Shown here: piece after piece, positions 47,996 to 58,094 of the stretch
Layout of the letters: each line of letters starts with the position of its first letter
Numbering within the stretch: the first letter of the stretch is position 1
Source: an uncultured Bdellovibrio sp.
GTDB taxonomy: Bacteria > Bdellovibrionota > Bdellovibrionia > Bdellovibrionales > Bdellovibrionaceae
Direction of reading: 5' to 3'
Assembly: GCA_963932905.1 (NCBI GenBank)
Contig: CAWVRN010000003.1
Coordinates: forward strand, 64,001 to 128,000
DNA length: 64,000 nt
The notes under the pieces: generated by a model
The model's database searches: none
What the model saw: the letters and a program-made list of their open reading frames with translations, nothing else
Told to the model about the DNA's origin: nothing
Position numbers and translations under genes: made by a program

Positions 47996-48640
47996 GTGGT
48001 TATGAAAATCATGAATCTACTACGCAAGATATTAAATAACGGTTTAGCAGCAACGGTACGGCAAAGTGTACGGGTTCCAATCGAAAATCGGGAAGCTGAC
48101 TTTATCACATTTAAAGGATTAATCGACGGTCAAGAGCACATTGCTCTGGGATTGGGAAATTGGAAATATACGGCCAAGCCTCTGGTTCGTATTCATTCAG
48201 AATGCTTAACTGGCGATGTGTTTGGTTCGGGTAAATGTGACTGCGGTGAACAGTTAAAAGAATCTATTCAAGAGATTCACCGTGTAGGCGGAATTCTTCT
48301 TTATATGCGACAAGAAGGACGCGGTATCGGTTTATATAACAAATTAGATGCCTACGCATTGCAAGCCAAAGGATTAGACACATATGAAGCGAATCAACGA
48401 TTGGGACTAAAAGATGATCTGCGAGATTACACGGCCGCTGCTCAAATGTTGCGTGCGCTGAATATCACAAAAATAAAATTGCTATCTAACAACCCAGACA
48501 AAGTTCAGCAACTTCGAGATCACGGCATCACAGTGACAGATGAAGTCTCGACTGGTGTATTCGTGAAGCCTTCTAATCGTAAATACTTGGAAACTAAAGT
48601 TTTAAAAACTCGCCACAGAATTGGACTAGCTCATGTATAG
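47996..48640 (+). CDS. ribA: GTP cyclohydrolase II
   Basis: RIHSECLTGDVFGS.KCDCG, QEGRGIGL, LLSNNP. Confidence 0.93.
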   Translation: MVMKIMNLLRKILNNGLAATVRQSVRVPIENREADFITFKGLIDGQEHIALGLGNWKYTAKPLVRIHSECLTGDVFGSGKCDCGEQLKESIQEIHRVGGILLYMRQEGRGIGLYNKLDAYALQAKGLDTYEANQRLGLKDDLRDYTAAAQMLRALNITKIKLLSNNPDKVQQLRDHGITVTDEVSTGVFVKPSNRKYLETKVLKTRHRIGLAHV

Positions 48641-49370
48641 ATCGAGAATCTTACCTGAAGTGACTTTAAAATGGGCGCAAACATTAGATGGACAGCTTGC
48701 GGACGACGCCGATCAATCACAATGGATTAGTGGCATTGAAGAGCGCCGATACACTCACCGCCTTAGATCGACTCATCAAGCCGTTTTGGTGGGCGCGCAA
48801 ACCTTTCTAAAAGATCTCTGCCAACTAACGGTGCGGGACATTGAATACGATGGTCCGCAACCGGCGCGTGTGATCATTGATCCAAGGGGACGCGTATTAG
48901 CGGCACTGAAACACAACCCCCATCTGATCATCAATCTGCAAATGGGTCCGCGCAAAACGTATTTAATTACGGATATATTAGAAGATTACAATGACATCGA
49001 TGAGAAGTTTGATTCAAGCAAACTGATTCGCATCAACTACAGATTCAATGATTTCAGACAATGGCTGATATGTGTTTTACATCAACTGTCGTTAACTTTT
49101 GAATCATCTGAAAATCGTCGATTGAAAAACCTCATGGTGGAAGGTGGCGCTACCACTCTGTCTGAGTTTTTGAAAGCCGGTTTAGTTGATCGATTAGAGG
49201 TGGCTATTTCGCCATTAATATTAGGTGGCACTCGTCACCGCGTCAGCTCCGGTTTGTTATTGAAAAATGTCGATCGTTTTGAAGTTGATTCTAAAGAACA
49301 ACTGGGTACCGACATTCTGCTTCGCTACAAGGTAAACAAGGCGACCTCTTTAAAGGGGGCGATGATATGA
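48633..49370 (+). CDS. RibD C-terminal reductase domain only (no deaminase)
   Basis: KWAQTLDG, WIS, AVLVG..T, VEGG. Confidence 0.85.
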   Translation: MYRSRILPEVTLKWAQTLDGQLADDADQSQWISGIEERRYTHRLRSTHQAVLVGAQTFLKDLCQLTVRDIEYDGPQPARVIIDPRGRVLAALKHNPHLIINLQMGPRKTYLITDILEDYNDIDEKFDSSKLIRINYRFNDFRQWLICVLHQLSLTFESSENRRLKNLMVEGGATTLSEFLKAGLVDRLEVAISPLILGGTRHRVSSGLLLKNVDRFEVDSKEQLGTDILLRYKVNKATSLKGAMI

Positions 49371-49771
49371 AGACAGTACCATTTTACTTGTTACTAGTGA
49401 TGACCTTTGGCCTAGCCGGCCTTGATAAAATTGTAGCCGGCCGAATTCCAAGTTGGTTCTTAGAGCAGTTCGAAGGTAGTTTGCTAGATGCTTTTCCTGG
49501 GGCTTTGGAAATTTCGTTTATTGTGATTGCTGTGTTAGAAGTGTCGACGGCCCTGGTTTTAATTGGCGGACTAGCCAAAAGGGAATTTCTATTAAACGCA
49601 GCCAATGACAAACGCCTGCTTCAATACGGTGTTATTTTGTCGCAAGTTACTTTTATTGTTTTGGGATTTGGTCAACGACTGACTCATAAATTTGACAGCG
49701 CAGGAAGTTTATTTTTCTACGCGGCGTTAACCTTTATTGCCGGACAAATGGCACTCAAGGCTGAACGCTAA
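49367..49771 (+). CDS. DoxX-like membrane protein
   Basis: 4 TM segments; F..AGLDK, E and FGQR motifs. Confidence 0.6.
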   Translation: MKTVPFYLLLVMTFGLAGLDKIVAGRIPSWFLEQFEGSLLDAFPGALEISFIVIAVLEVSTALVLIGGLAKREFLLNAANDKRLLQYGVILSQVTFIVLGFGQRLTHKFDSAGSLFFYAALTFIAGQMALKAER

Positions 49772-50946
49772 TGGCCTTGGTCGCTTTTCTTATATCACGC
49801 GCATGCAGTGTTTTCGGATTGCAGATCATAGCCTGCACGTTTATTTTCAGAATCGTTGAACGTGGTGCTGATGCCTACAGTTTGAGTCAACTAGGTCTTG
49901 TGGCCACCGTGGCTTCACTCGCCTTTGCTTTTCCTTTGGGTTTTATCATCGATCACATGAATAAAAGATCTGCGATTTTAGTTTCGCATTTTATTTTGTT
50001 ACTTTTAGTTATTAGTCTGAGCATTTTAAATCCGTTTAACTTTTTACCTATCCTAGTAGCAACGGGACTAATTGCGGTCTCTAGAAATTTTCGCAGTATT
50101 TCGCAATTCACAGTTTTCGGCGAATTATTGCGAAATAAAGCCAACAAAGATCGCTGGGTGAACCGCTCGACATTGTCGTGGCAAATCGCGGCATTTATAG
50201 CCCCGTTACTTGCGGGCATACTGGGTGCTGGCGTCCTGTCATTGATAGTGGCTTGCGCGTTTATCAGCGTGTCGTTCTTCTGCCAAATTTACATTGTTCG
50301 ATTTTTAGAAGATGTTTCTACAGATAGCGACGCTACGGCAGTAACAACTCATGGACTAATTCAATTCCTGCAGTCTAACTTTAGATTGTATTCCTCACTG
50401 ACACTGGATTTTTTTATTGTTCTATTTGCCGGCGCGGCCTCGCTGTTACCTTTCCTGCACCCTGGGCGCGATTCATCACTTGATATCGGTATTTTAAAAT
50501 CCGCCCTGCCCGCCGGAGTTATTTTTGGAACATGGATACGACTACAAAAGCCATCGCTAGATGGCTGGGCTGAAAAACTTTTATTGGCGACGCTTGGTTA
50601 TGGTTTTTGTCATTTACTTTTAGCTGAGTCGTCGTCGTTTTATTTTAGCTACACACTACTTTTTGGCGCCGGCATTTTTGATGCCTTAAGCCTGGCGGTA
50701 CGTGAATGTATTCTACAACTAGAAACGCCTGCACAATTCAAAGGTCGCGTGTATGCATTAAATAATTTTTTAGTGAACGCATCGGATGAACTAAGTGAAT
50801 GGGAATCCGGCGTTGCGGCAAGCTGGGTGGGCGTTAGAACAGCGATTCGCATTAGTGGTTTAGTCGCATTATTTGGCGCCAGCGTATTTGCCTGGAAAAC
50901 AAAGCAGCATCAACAACGCGCACTTACAAAAATTTCCGTGGATTGA
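49771..50946 (+). CDS. MFS transporter
   Basis: About 12 TM; GFIIDH, TLDFFIVLFAG, QLETP..KGRV. Confidence 0.85.
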   Translation: MALVAFLISRACSVFGLQIIACTFIFRIVERGADAYSLSQLGLVATVASLAFAFPLGFIIDHMNKRSAILVSHFILLLLVISLSILNPFNFLPILVATGLIAVSRNFRSISQFTVFGELLRNKANKDRWVNRSTLSWQIAAFIAPLLAGILGAGVLSLIVACAFISVSFFCQIYIVRFLEDVSTDSDATAVTTHGLIQFLQSNFRLYSSLTLDFFIVLFAGAASLLPFLHPGRDSSLDIGILKSALPAGVIFGTWIRLQKPSLDGWAEKLLLATLGYGFCHLLLAESSSFYFSYTLLFGAGIFDALSLAVRECILQLETPAQFKGRVYALNNFLVNASDELSEWESGVAASWVGVRTAIRISGLVALFGASVFAWKTKQHQQRALTKISVD

Positions 50947-51010
50947 TGCCAGTCTCGCGGGGCACGATGTCCCCGACTTCGTTTTTAAGTTTCATAAAAT
51001 GCCATTCACG

Positions 51011-51026
51011 TGGCTAGCCGATTGCT
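51011..51026 (+). promoter_or_regulatory. Sigma54 promoter
   Basis: TGGCTAGCCGATTGCT = GG-N10-GC with the TTGC consensus. Confidence 0.65.
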
Positions 51027-51064
51027 ATAGTTATTTATAGATATTTAATGGCACGAGAGGAATT

Positions 51065-51226
51065 ATGGAAATTAAAAACGATCAAAATGAATCTCGTCAG
51101 GAAACCGAATCTGAGTCACCGAAGAGTAAGCTTCTCCCTGAGTTTATTCAAATGGATGACCAAGAATCGACGACCAATACATTTAATCCAAGGCGATTTC
51201 TAGAATTGTTTTCGCCTGGGTTTTAG
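51065..51226 (+). CDS. Small 53-aa protein (not in the ORF track)
   Basis: GAGG RBS; MEIKNDQNES...RRFLELFSPGF; flanked by a promoter and a terminator. Confidence 0.55.
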   Translation: MEIKNDQNESRQETESESPKSKLLPEFIQMDDQESTTNTFNPRRFLELFSPGF

Positions 51227-51247
51227 CACGAATTAAATGTCACTTTG

Positions 51248-51294
51248 TGAGCGGATAGCACGTATCAGCGTGCTATCCGCTCAATCTTTTTTTT
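51248..51294 (+). terminator. Intrinsic terminator
   Basis: 15-bp stem TGAGCGGATAGCACG/CGTGCTATCCGCTCA followed by T8. Confidence 0.8.
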
Positions 51295-51487
51295 CCGACA
51301 GTAATGTTAATCATTCTATTCGGATGTGGCGGCGGCCAGTGTTGCTCTGGACGCTTTGAACACGGCTCAAGATTCTTTACATGCCTCCCACCGCTATTAC
51401 AATCCGTATGGATATAGAGAATTTACATAGAAATAGTTTTTGCGTTTATTAGCGTTCCGACTTAGGGCAAAATCTTTTCACTAGACT

Positions 51488-52330
51488 ATGAACAGCCGTC
51501 ATTCGCAAAAACCTTCTGCCGTTAACACCAAGACTAAACCTCTGAATCTATTTTATCAAAACGGCTATATTACCTCGTCAGAAAAACGCGAGATCTTGGA
51601 TTACATCTATAGTTTAAAACCCATTTGGGAAATGCGCTACCCCGAAGGAACGGACGACAACCGTCAACTGCTAAGGCCTGTGTACTGGCTAGGCAATTGG
51701 CAATTTGCCTGTCTAGATTACTACCATCCACCGAAAGGAATTTTCAATCGTGCGGTCGCGGCCGAAGATTTTCCCGCATGTATTCAAAAGGTTGTTGATC
51801 GTATCGAAAGTAAAGTTAAAAGTGATTTCGACAGTCGCGATATCCCCCGCGGTTGGGAACTGAACACCTGCTTGATTAATTTTTACGGCAATCGCGTGAT
51901 CAACGGAAAGAAAGAAGACTTCGCCCGCGTTGGTGAACACAAAGACTTCGAACCTGGCCCTGTAGGCTCAGTATCCTTCGGTGAAAAAGCATTATTTCAG
52001 TTTGTAGACAGCCCAAACAAAGGCAGCAAAAGCACGGTGATCTTGCAACAATGGCTAGAGGATAGTTCCGTACAAATCTTTGGCGGCGACAAATTTAAAA
52101 AGAGACTCTTCCACCGCGTTCAACGCGTCGAGGACAAAGGCTTCACTTTCAAAAACGCTCAAACTGGCGATTTTGAAACAAGACGAATCAACCTAACCTT
52201 CCGTTACGTCCCCAGAGAACACTTCGTAAACGTAAACCGCTTGCCTGAAGACCTACAAAAACACATAGCCCCATACATCCAAGAGCTAGCAAAAAACTCC
52301 AAATTCTGGAAATCCCAGGGTACCTCCTAA
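51488..52330 (+). CDS. AlkB-like 2OG-Fe(II) dioxygenase
   Basis: CLINFY, HKD, SVSFG, HRV, RINLTFR. Confidence 0.85.
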   Translation: MNSRHSQKPSAVNTKTKPLNLFYQNGYITSSEKREILDYIYSLKPIWEMRYPEGTDDNRQLLRPVYWLGNWQFACLDYYHPPKGIFNRAVAAEDFPACIQKVVDRIESKVKSDFDSRDIPRGWELNTCLINFYGNRVINGKKEDFARVGEHKDFEPGPVGSVSFGEKALFQFVDSPNKGSKSTVILQQWLEDSSVQIFGGDKFKKRLFHRVQRVEDKGFTFKNAQTGDFETRRINLTFRYVPREHFVNVNRLPEDLQKHIAPYIQELAKNSKFWKSQGTS

Positions 52331-52385
52331 CATTCTGGTACCCAGCGCGTCTAACGCCGCGGGTACCAGAATGTTAGGAGGTACC
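52319..52385. repeat. 25-bp perfect inverted repeat with four GGTACC sites
   Basis: GGTACCTCCTAACATTCTGGTACCC-17 nt-GGGTACCAGAATGTTAGGAGGTACC, then a T run. Confidence 0.85.
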
Positions 52386-52395
52386 TTTTTTTTCC

Positions 52396-53421
52396 CTACT
52401 GTTGGGTGTAGGATGCGGCTTCGAAATCTACGCGAATTTTGGTTCCGTCGGGTTGATTTGGGTCTAGTTCTAGTTTGTCGCCTAAATAGATTGCGTTTAG
52501 TTCGGCGTCGAAAGACCAGCCGTATTCGGCGTCGCTTGGGACTTCTTGAGTGCCGTAGAACACTCGGATGGTGCTAACAATTGGGGCGCGGCTTAGGTAA
52601 ATAGTGTTCGATACTTGCTTTGCCAAGTCTTCCGCCACCGACGCTAACTTGTCACCGAAATCTGGGGCGCACAGATTAAATATGTTATTTCCTTTGTTGA
52701 TCGTCATCGACAAAAACTGCTCAATCAATAGTGGCTCTTTATTGTACTCGTCGCGACCGCATTGATCATCCTTGTAACCGCTTGGGATGATCGCTCCGTA
52801 TGCTAAGATCTTTTCACGCTTGCCTTTAATTTTTAGCAAATGATCGTATAAAGAAATGGATGATTCTTTACTTTGATCTTCGGCATCCGTAATGAAAATT
52901 ACTGCCAAGTGCGCATCTGGACGCAAGAACCCTGCATTCACACCCGTATCTAACGGAGGCGATAAAGCGGCGATGATCGGATCAAACGATCTTTCTGTTC
53001 CTGAACCCACTGTCCCTAAAATCAAACGAGTCGCCAAGTCTTTCTCCGGTCCTGGAGTTGCTCTATCAACAAACAGGGGACTTCCTATCAAACGACCACA
53101 GCATTTTCCCGTGATTCCCCCATCCATGTCAGTTGATAAAACGCCGATGTGGTAGTCAATACTAACACGGTTGAAGAATGCCGAAATAAATCGACCCACA
53201 TTCGCTGCCAAATTTTTTTGATGCGCATCCATACTGCCCGAGTTATCTACAACAAAAAGAATATCTACCTTAGGATCTTTAACCATGTAGTCGTTATCTT
53301 TAACGACTTTTTCATTTGTTAAATCCGGCTTAGCTTGCATCTTTGGACTGTCTGGAGAACAGGAACTGATCACCAAAGCGAGAACCACTGACAAAACTAA
53401 CATCGCTTGCGATTTAATCAT
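52396..53421 (-). CDS. VWA-domain lipoprotein (CglB-like adhesin)
   Basis: Lipobox ISSC; MIDAS DNSGSM and ITDAED. Confidence 0.8.
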   Translation of the reverse strand: MIKSQAMLVLSVVLALVISSCSPDSPKMQAKPDLTNEKVVKDNDYMVKDPKVDILFVVDNSGSMDAHQKNLAANVGRFISAFFNRVSIDYHIGVLSTDMDGGITGKCCGRLIGSPLFVDRATPGPEKDLATRLILGTVGSGTERSFDPIIAALSPPLDTGVNAGFLRPDAHLAVIFITDAEDQSKESSISLYDHLLKIKGKREKILAYGAIIPSGYKDDQCGRDEYNKEPLLIEQFLSMTINKGNNIFNLCAPDFGDKLASVAEDLAKQVSNTIYLSRAPIVSTIRVFYGTQEVPSDAEYGWSFDAELNAIYLGDKLELDPNQPDGTKIRVDFEAASYTQQ

Positions 53422-55007
53422 AGAGTCTTCCTTGCTTGGCAGCCTTTTTTGATATCGACTTTATAGTTTGTTAATTCATCAAACCAAAATTCTTTACTGA
53501 GTGGGAATTTCAAAGCATCGTCTTTTTGCGAACCCGTTGTTCCTGTTTTAACTACGGCCGCATCACTTTTCAAACTCGCTTTTAAACGATCCGCCACATT
53601 CACTTGTTGAATCACTTCAACTTCAATAATTTTAAGCTTATTCAAAACTTTTTTAACTTCAGCAAGTTCTAATACCGCTAGTTCTTTCACACGACCGACA
53701 GAAGCCGATTGAGCCATCTGCATTCTTTGGTTCGTCTGGTTTTTCATACGATCAAAGAAAGCTTGCAAGCCTGTTTGCTGTAACGATTTAGCGTAGATTT
53801 TTTCAGCTACCGCTGCTTCATCTTTTAATAAACCTTCTGCGCTGACTAAGAATCGTAATTTTTCATCACGGACCATATTTCTTGGCAGTGATTTACTGAT
53901 CGCAACTAAATCTTTTGCTTTCAATGTTTTAGACGCCATTTCACTTAATGCCCGTTTAACAAAGATATCATCCGCATCTGTCGAAATTTTTTCTAAATAT
54001 ATAGACTTAGCTTTGAATTCCAAAGGGAACGCCTTCAGAGTCTCTAGCACAGCTGGATAGTCACACACTTTTAATTGTGATAACCCACGAACCATCCATG
54101 CCTCGGGTCCGATCTGGCCAGACAGATTTGGATTCACAAGAGTCTGAGTCACTGCAATTGCGTTCTGAGGTTCACCCTTACGAACAAACGCCCATGTTTT
54201 CTCTTCTTGCGCTTGGAAGTAATAATCTGACGCTTTAGGAATTTTTTCGAAATACTTGGCCGATGCATCTAGGTAGCCATTTTGGTACAGCATGCGAGCC
54301 GCCGTTAGATTCATTAAATCTACCGGTACTGGATTATTCGGAGCCTTCATTAAGGCCGCCATGATTTTTGCCGCTTTATCTGCTTGATCGTTCATTGCGT
54401 ATGACAAAGCTAAGTGCCAATCGATCAATGCGCGTTCTTTAGAGTTTACCGGAGCTTTCATCGCTAACGTATTTAATTCATCCGCAGATCTTTGCAGTGA
54501 TAAGTCGGCGGCAAGAACGCGAACTTCAATCACGCGACCAAAGATTTCGCCCCAGCCTTGTGCCCATTTAATACGAGCCACAAACCACGCTTTGTGATCT
54601 TCTTTCGCAGCTTCGCGCCATTCGTTGATCAACTGGAAGTGAATTTTCTTAGGATCCTGAACAATAAATAATTCTTCAAGACCAGTCACCGGCATCCCTG
54701 CTTTAAAGAACATCAAACCTTTAAGTGCAATCCCATTTTCCGTTGCTTCAAATGACGTGTTGTTGAACGCTGGTCCATATTGGATGAGCGCTTCAGTCCA
54801 GTGACCATCTTCGATCTGACGTAAAAAAAAGTTTTGCTCTGGCGTTGGGTTACCTAGCAAACTGCGAACTGTATCCGCTAAGAAACTTTGATTACGGCGA
54901 GTTTGCGTTTCTGCTTTACCATCGAGCAAAGCTTCCATATCTTGCGCATAAACTGCGGCCGATAAAAAAAATAGTGCACTTAAAATATATCGTTTCACAG
55001 CAACCAT
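53418..55007 (-). CDS. Secreted TPR protein (GltC-like)
   Basis: Helical TPR-like repeats; C-terminal FP..KEFWFDEL..Y...C. Confidence 0.6.
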   Translation of the reverse strand: MVAVKRYILSALFFLSAAVYAQDMEALLDGKAETQTRRNQSFLADTVRSLLGNPTPEQNFFLRQIEDGHWTEALIQYGPAFNNTSFEATENGIALKGLMFFKAGMPVTGLEELFIVQDPKKIHFQLINEWREAAKEDHKAWFVARIKWAQGWGEIFGRVIEVRVLAADLSLQRSADELNTLAMKAPVNSKERALIDWHLALSYAMNDQADKAAKIMAALMKAPNNPVPVDLMNLTAARMLYQNGYLDASAKYFEKIPKASDYYFQAQEEKTWAFVRKGEPQNAIAVTQTLVNPNLSGQIGPEAWMVRGLSQLKVCDYPAVLETLKAFPLEFKAKSIYLEKISTDADDIFVKRALSEMASKTLKAKDLVAISKSLPRNMVRDEKLRFLVSAEGLLKDEAAVAEKIYAKSLQQTGLQAFFDRMKNQTNQRMQMAQSASVGRVKELAVLELAEVKKVLNKLKIIEVEVIQQVNVADRLKASLKSDAAVVKTGTTGSQKDDALKFPLSKEFWFDELTNYKVDIKKGCQARKTL

Positions 55008-55720
55008 CCCACTTGCACAGAAGCAATCGCCAGATCCAAGTTTTTAGGACCCGTGATATATTCCACATTGTATTTTTGATAACGTAATTCTAAACGAGTT
55101 GAAATATTCTGAGCCATCCAAAAACCAATACCACCACCAATTGTGTACGTCGGTTTCGATCCCGACTTGAGTTCCACTTGGCCAACACCTAGCAAACCGT
55201 AAACGTCAAACTGAGCAATACTTTTATCAAATATGTTCATTTTTCCGTAGATTGGGTACCAATTCAGCATCACAAGTGATTCACTCTTTTGGTGATCAAT
55301 TTCAGGAATCGGCATCGTTGGATTTCTTGGATTTGCTAAACGATCTGCCGAAGCCGCATCAATCATTGCTTCACCTTCAGCCGTTAACTTGTTGAATGTG
55401 TAATTATATTTTGCACCCACTGACCATCTGTGATTGATATGATAGTTGATATTCATACCCATACTTTGTGATTTCGTGTACGTATCATCGCCGCCCATTG
55501 TTCCTGAAAACTCAGGCGCAAATTCGAAACGATTTTTTCTTGGCACGATACGATCTTGAACCACTTCCACTTTTGTATCAGGGTTCAGTTCACGTGCTTT
55601 ATCTAAGATAATTTGATTGCCACCTAAATTATCAAATTCAGCTTCTACAGTCTGAGCCAGTGAACTGAATGATAGTGATGACAACAACAATATTGAAGTT
55701 ACTAATAAACTCGTTTTCAT
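54995..55720 (-). CDS. Outer-membrane beta-barrel protein (GltA/B/H-like)
   Basis: VVQDR..RKNRFE, W.PIYGK, FDVY..G.G motifs; signal peptide. Confidence 0.75.
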   Translation of the reverse strand: MKTSLLVTSILLLSSLSFSSLAQTVEAEFDNLGGNQIILDKARELNPDTKVEVVQDRIVPRKNRFEFAPEFSGTMGGDDTYTKSQSMGMNINYHINHRWSVGAKYNYTFNKLTAEGEAMIDAASADRLANPRNPTMPIPEIDHQKSESLVMLNWYPIYGKMNIFDKSIAQFDVYGLLGVGQVELKSGSKPTYTIGGGIGFWMAQNISTRLELRYQKYNVEYITGPKNLDLAIASVQVGWLL

Positions 55721-56946
55721 GGAGCTTCCTCCCCTTCATCTTCACCTGGTGGATCTACTGGTGGTTTTGGCTGCACAGGTGGAACTACATCACCAGGACC
55801 TTTTACAACTTTGTATTTAAGTGTGAGTGTCTCTTCAACCGGAGTCACTTCAGTGTAATAACGCTTCACTGCTTTTACTTTGAATGACATTTCTGCTGGC
55901 CCTAAATTTTCAGTCTTAGATACTTTCCATTTAAAGTTACACGTCATGAAACCTTTTGCGCTGTATTCATCGCATTTGATTTCTGCATCCGCTGGAATTT
56001 CGGATTTATCAACCACTTCAAATTCAGCACGAGCCGTCGATTCGTAAACGATGAACGAGTAATTGTAAGTTAAACCCGTCGGGATTAAAACTTCTTCCGT
56101 CCACGACGTTTTCAAATCACCAAACTTAGCTAATAATTTAGTGTTAACTGAATAAGGATTGCTTGGTTTGTTGTAGCGTGAAACAGCTCTTAGGCCAAAC
56201 CCCGCAGACGAATAACCTTCCACCATGCCTTTTGAACTTTCGATAGAAAGTTCAAAAAGGAAATCACGTTTTTGAAAATCGGGAGTGATTTTGTTAATTC
56301 TTATAAATGGAGTTAGCGTAATCGTTGCATAGTCAGGCTGCAGCAGTTCTAATCTTGGATACGTTTCAGATGCTGGACCTGCATCTTCATCATGAACCAA
56401 AACTGTGAACGTTGAGGACGCACCTTCTACGAAACCATCTGCCGGTAAACCGCTCACCGTGGTGATAATTGGCCTATCCATGGCACGCTCAACTACAATT
56501 TCAACGGTTCTTTCGTTTGTGAAAATCTTGGCACCGGCATCCGTTGCATGCTTAGCAAAAACGCGGACTTTTAATTCCATCGTTTTACTTAAACCATCAA
56601 ATACCAGCCCTTTTGGAGGAGTCCATGCAAATTCACCGGTTACCGAATCAAATGTAGCTCCTGGGAAGTCTGCTTCATTTGAAATTTGAGTTATAACATC
56701 ATAGTCAGAGGCTAACACCGAACTTAAGATCGAGAACTTACCTTCGCGCCCTTCAGAGAAGGTGTATTTAGGAACAGAGTTAATACGAATGGCTTCGCTT
56801 TTCTCAGGTTCAGGAGTTTTCACTTTTTCTTGCGGAACCTGCACATTTTTTACTTCATCGCCTTTGTTAGCTAATGGGTCTTGATTAAGACCGCAACCTA
56901 ACGAAAGAAGCACAACGCTGCTAAATATGATATTTAACTTTTTCAT
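55717..56946 (-). CDS. Lipoprotein with Ig/cadherin-like domains
   Basis: Lipobox LGC; PGATFD..TG.F.WTP. Confidence 0.65.
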   Translation of the reverse strand: MKKLNIIFSSVVLLSLGCGLNQDPLANKGDEVKNVQVPQEKVKTPEPEKSEAIRINSVPKYTFSEGREGKFSILSSVLASDYDVITQISNEADFPGATFDSVTGEFAWTPPKGLVFDGLSKTMELKVRVFAKHATDAGAKIFTNERTVEIVVERAMDRPIITTVSGLPADGFVEGASSTFTVLVHDEDAGPASETYPRLELLQPDYATITLTPFIRINKITPDFQKRDFLFELSIESSKGMVEGYSSAGFGLRAVSRYNKPSNPYSVNTKLLAKFGDLKTSWTEEVLIPTGLTYNYSFIVYESTARAEFEVVDKSEIPADAEIKCDEYSAKGFMTCNFKWKVSKTENLGPAEMSFKVKAVKRYYTEVTPVEETLTLKYKVVKGPGDVVPPVQPKPPVDPPGEDEGEEAP

Positions 56947-56949
56947 AAA

Positions 56950-58080
56950 TTACCCCTGTCCTGATCTACGAAGCACGAATGGATACGAAACTTTCACGTC
57001 CACGCCACCTTCTGGTAACGGAAACTGCCAAGTTTTCAAACGCATCACCATGCAATCTTCGATCATTTTTGAATTTAAAGTCGTATTCTCAATTCCCGCG
57101 GCTTTAACAAGACCGTTGGCACCGATAGTAAAATCGATCGCCACACGACCACTGAGTTTTGCATCGCTTTGCAAACCTTGCTCGTAGCAGAAACGGATTT
57201 GACCCATATTTTTTTGAATTACTGCAGCGATCATGTCTTTATCCAGACCGCGTGCTACCGACGCTTCTTGGCCCAAAGGAATTGGCATCGCCCCTGATGA
57301 ACCAGTTAACGACAATTTTCCATACCCCGCTTGACCGCCGCCTTTACCTTTAGTTCCGTAACCACCAGCACCTTGAACATTGCCGCCCGCACCTAGAGGT
57401 GCGCTGACCATGCCCTTAGCATACAAAGATGTCTGTACGCCACCGCTGCCAGCCGTTCCGCCTAAACCAGGACCAGCCGTTGTTTGCGTTGCTGATAAAT
57501 CTAAGCCACCTTTTTGTTTACTGTTGCTTAGACTACCTAATGCTGACAAAGCACCCATACGTTTTAAGCTATTGCTTTTTTGTTGGACCGTTTTTGTGAC
57601 TGATTCTTGTTGCATATTCGTTGTATTCTGCAAACGAACTGGTTCTGGCTTTTTGATATGCTTTACGATTTGAACCAAATGCTGTTTTAATTCTTCTTCT
57701 AACTTTGGAGTTTCTTTCGGAGCTAAGCGAATTAAACCTAAAACACCAACGAACATCAAAACCACCGCACCGATAGTTAAGTACCATTGCTTTTTGTTTT
57801 CTTTAGAATCCGCGATATTCCCTGCCACTGGCCCAACATCGGTCACCAGTTTTAGATGCCCCAAGGCGCCGACCGAAAAACCATTCATGCGCAATTGTTC
57901 TGCGCTGATTTCACCAAGGTCTTCAAAATCGATTCGACGTTGCTCCAATGACTCTACTTCCTTGCGCACTTCTATTCGCCGAGTGTCTGAACGACGAATC
58001 ACACGCGCCGGAGTTTTATCCCAGGAAAATGTTCTAACTGTGTTGCCTTCGTTATCTTGTAAGACTAACTGAGTATCCAT
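56950..58080 (-). CDS. AgmX/PglI (GltG/GltJ-like) TonB C-terminal domain protein
   Basis: Single TM, Gly-rich linker, IRFCYE..L...GRV...FP.P.GG..V.YPF. Confidence 0.82.
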   Translation of the reverse strand: MDTQLVLQDNEGNTVRTFSWDKTPARVIRRSDTRRIEVRKEVESLEQRRIDFEDLGEISAEQLRMNGFSVGALGHLKLVTDVGPVAGNIADSKENKKQWYLTIGAVVLMFVGVLGLIRLAPKETPKLEEELKQHLVQIVKHIKKPEPVRLQNTTNMQQESVTKTVQQKSNSLKRMGALSALGSLSNSKQKGGLDLSATQTTAGPGLGGTAGSGGVQTSLYAKGMVSAPLGAGGNVQGAGGYGTKGKGGGQAGYGKLSLTGSSGAMPIPLGQEASVARGLDKDMIAAVIQKNMGQIRFCYEQGLQSDAKLSGRVAIDFTIGANGLVKAAGIENTTLNSKMIEDCMVMRLKTWQFPLPEGGVDVKVSYPFVLRRSGQG

Positions 58081-58094
58081 GGCATCCCTTCTTA

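Noticed and set aside
51304..51430. 37-aa Cys-rich ORF (MLIILFGCGGGQCCSG...) as a second RiPP precursor
   Set aside because: No RBS and no modifying enzyme beside it; another frame is equally open
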